From Hydrolagus colliei (lineage: Eukaryota), in contig CM068754.1 of NCBI GenBank assembly GCA_035084275.1, positions 18,414,001 to 18,478,000 on the forward strand: a DNA stretch of 64,000 nt. Reading direction: 5' to 3'. Positions 61,954 to 64,000 of this stretch are shown piece by piece. Every line of letters starts with the position of its first letter. Position 1 is the first letter of the stretch. Below the pieces are notes generated by a model. It was not told where the DNA came from. It was given only the letters and a program-made list of their open reading frames with translations, and made no database searches. The position numbers and the translations under genes are program-made.

Positions 61954-62471
61954 GGACCTGATATAAATATTCCTGCTCTTCAAATTCTATTCCTTTTTCG
62001 ATTGATCCATTCCCTCCGCCGCCCTCTCCAGGATTTGAGGCTGTAACTTTCTCTCAGCTACCTGGAGGTGGGGGGGGGGGTAGAGAGTTCCTTTACTGTC
62101 CCTTTACTGGAGCTCTGTGGCCTGGTGCACTCTCTCTCTCTCTCTCTCTCACTCTCACTCTCTCTCTTGTTTTTTTAAAAACTATTTCTGTTTTCGGCCT
62201 CGTGAATGCTGTTCTCAAACATTGCCGTGAACAAATCATTCTGTCACAACAACGTTAGCGAGTCTGTGAGCTACAGTTCACTTGTCTCTGACCACTTCTG
62301 CCGCTAGCAATTTTTAGAATTTTTCAATGTGGGTTGGATGGTGGGGGGGGGGTGGGGGGGCGTGAGAGGGAGGAGGGGAAAGAACCTCTACTTCTGTGAT
62401 TGTGACTAACTTCTTTCACCGAGGTTTGACATGTCAATTCCAACGGAGATATTCTAGGTGTATAATTGTAC

Positions 62472-62477
62472 AATAAA
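62472..62477 (+). terminator. Probable KIF4 polyadenylation signal
   Basis: AATAAA ~520 nt after the stop, followed by U/GU-rich sequence; a second AATAAA lies at 62835. Confidence 0.6.
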
Positions 62478-64000
62478 CTAAGAAATTTGTATCATTAATT
62501 GTTTTGGGTCTATGTATGAAAAGAGAATGTATTTGTGTGTGTCTGTGCCTGACACAGCAATCCTGGTCCATGCTCCCTCGGGAGATATTCTAAAATGCCC
62601 ACAAATATACAGGCAAATCACTTTACTGTGTATTCTATGAAGCGCTTTGAGACACAGTCTAGAGAGCGCGGTAAGACGTGGGTCAAATGGAGGGATTATT
62701 GTTAATTATTTTCTATAATGTTCTGAATGACTTTAGCTGCTCTGTGCTGGGACCTCAGTCTGAGTGTTCAGCAGTTCACAAGTGAAAGATGCTTGTTTTA
62801 TTGTTGTCTTGTACCTTTAGGGTTTAGTTGTTTCAATAAATAGAAAGTGACGTAGAAAACTTGTGACTTGGTTCATTGACTACAGTCCGTGCAAATGGTT
62901 TAAAATCCAGATCATTCCTACACAAGATTGGCATCTGGTCTTTTGTCCTTTCGAAAGAGAAATTCATTCAGTCTGTCGTCTGCCTGCTTAACCTCCTCAC
63001 AAACCGTACCTCACACTTTGCTCATTAAGTTCAGCTGCTGCTTCTCCGCCAATATACCAGTTTGTTTGTTTAAATCCCGTCCTCCCCCCACCCTGTCCTC
63101 AGCTCGGGTCTGAAGCAGTGACTGTCCAGTGCCTTGGGATGTCCTCCTGATGTGAAAGGCTCTGTCTATACAAGTCATGTTGTTGTTGTTGTTGCAGTTG
63201 TTACTGTTCTTGACTAGTGGTGAGTTAGCTGCATTTACCAGTCTCTAGTTATTCACAGCCACAGGATTACACCTGTGTAGAAGGGCTTTGCAGGCCGGGA
63301 GGAGGTTCCAAGGCACTCGAGTTTATTTTAACCACATTTTTTAATTGATGTGAGGGTAGCAGCAACCTTCCAGTCCTCTGGCGTGAGTCTGTGTGTCTAT
63401 ATGTCGTGGGCAGCATCCGGGGCAGTATCTGAAACGCGAGTCTGTGTTGACGTCACTGTCAGTGGAATATCAGAAACAACACAATTCCAGGGAAAAGCTG
63501 CGATTTATTCAATCTCGGTAAACTGGATCCATCCCTGGTAACAGAATCTTATGGCACAAAAGGAGGCCATTCGGCCCATTGAGTCTGTGCCGGTTCTTTG
63601 AAAAGAGCAACTCAATCCCACTTCCCCACTCTCTCCCCATAACCGCGCAAACCCGTCCTCCCTCAAATAAATGTCTATGTTTCTGACTCCCTCCCCCCAC
63701 CACCCCCACCCAACCAGCAATGTTGCCTGGTGGGGACTGGGGCTGTGTGAGGCGAGGGGGCTGTGTTTGTGTGGGTGGGTGGCACACGGTCAGACACTAG
63801 CTTTCACTCCTCCAGGTAGGATTCCCTCATTTGCTCCAGTCGCTGCTCGAGCTCCTGTACATCCACCTGCAGAGAAAATACCATGAAAACAACATCCGTC
63901 CTCACTCCCAGGTCAGGGTCAGAGACACAGTAAAGCTCCCTCTACACTGTGCGTCCTCACTCCCAGGTCAGGGTTAGTTAGAGACACAGTAAAGCTCCCT

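Overview
Eukaryotic, intron-rich vertebrate DNA. The repeat content (DeuSINE-like tRNA SINE with a (TTA)n tail, L2, CR1 and Penelope remnants) suggests a cartilaginous fish, possibly a chimaera; this is inference. Three genes were reconstructed by hand from splice sites and homology to the human proteins as I recall them. (1) The 5' part of neuroligin-3 on the minus strand: first coding exon plus the two 60-nt site-A alternative exons; the gene runs off the left edge. (2) A 15-coding-exon GDPD2/GDE3 on the plus strand, with a 1-nt frameshift in coding exon 2 and a GC-AG intron. (3) KIF4/KIF4A on the plus strand: 29 coding exons visible, one cut and probably one lost in an N-gap, one GC-AG intron, and a CpG-rich G2/M-type promoter behind a 1.6-kb G-rich minisatellite. 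Most long ORFs in the track are low-complexity artefacts. The most notable non-coding signals are a Penelope-type minimal hammerhead ribozyme in GDPD2 intron 1, two unrelated perfect 48-nt palindromes 455 bp apart, a covarying 3' stem-loop shared by three retroelement families, SINE tails serving as splice-acceptor tracts, and reciprocal Rbfox motifs around the NLGN3 A1/A2 exons. I could not establish a wholly new biological system from sequence alone.
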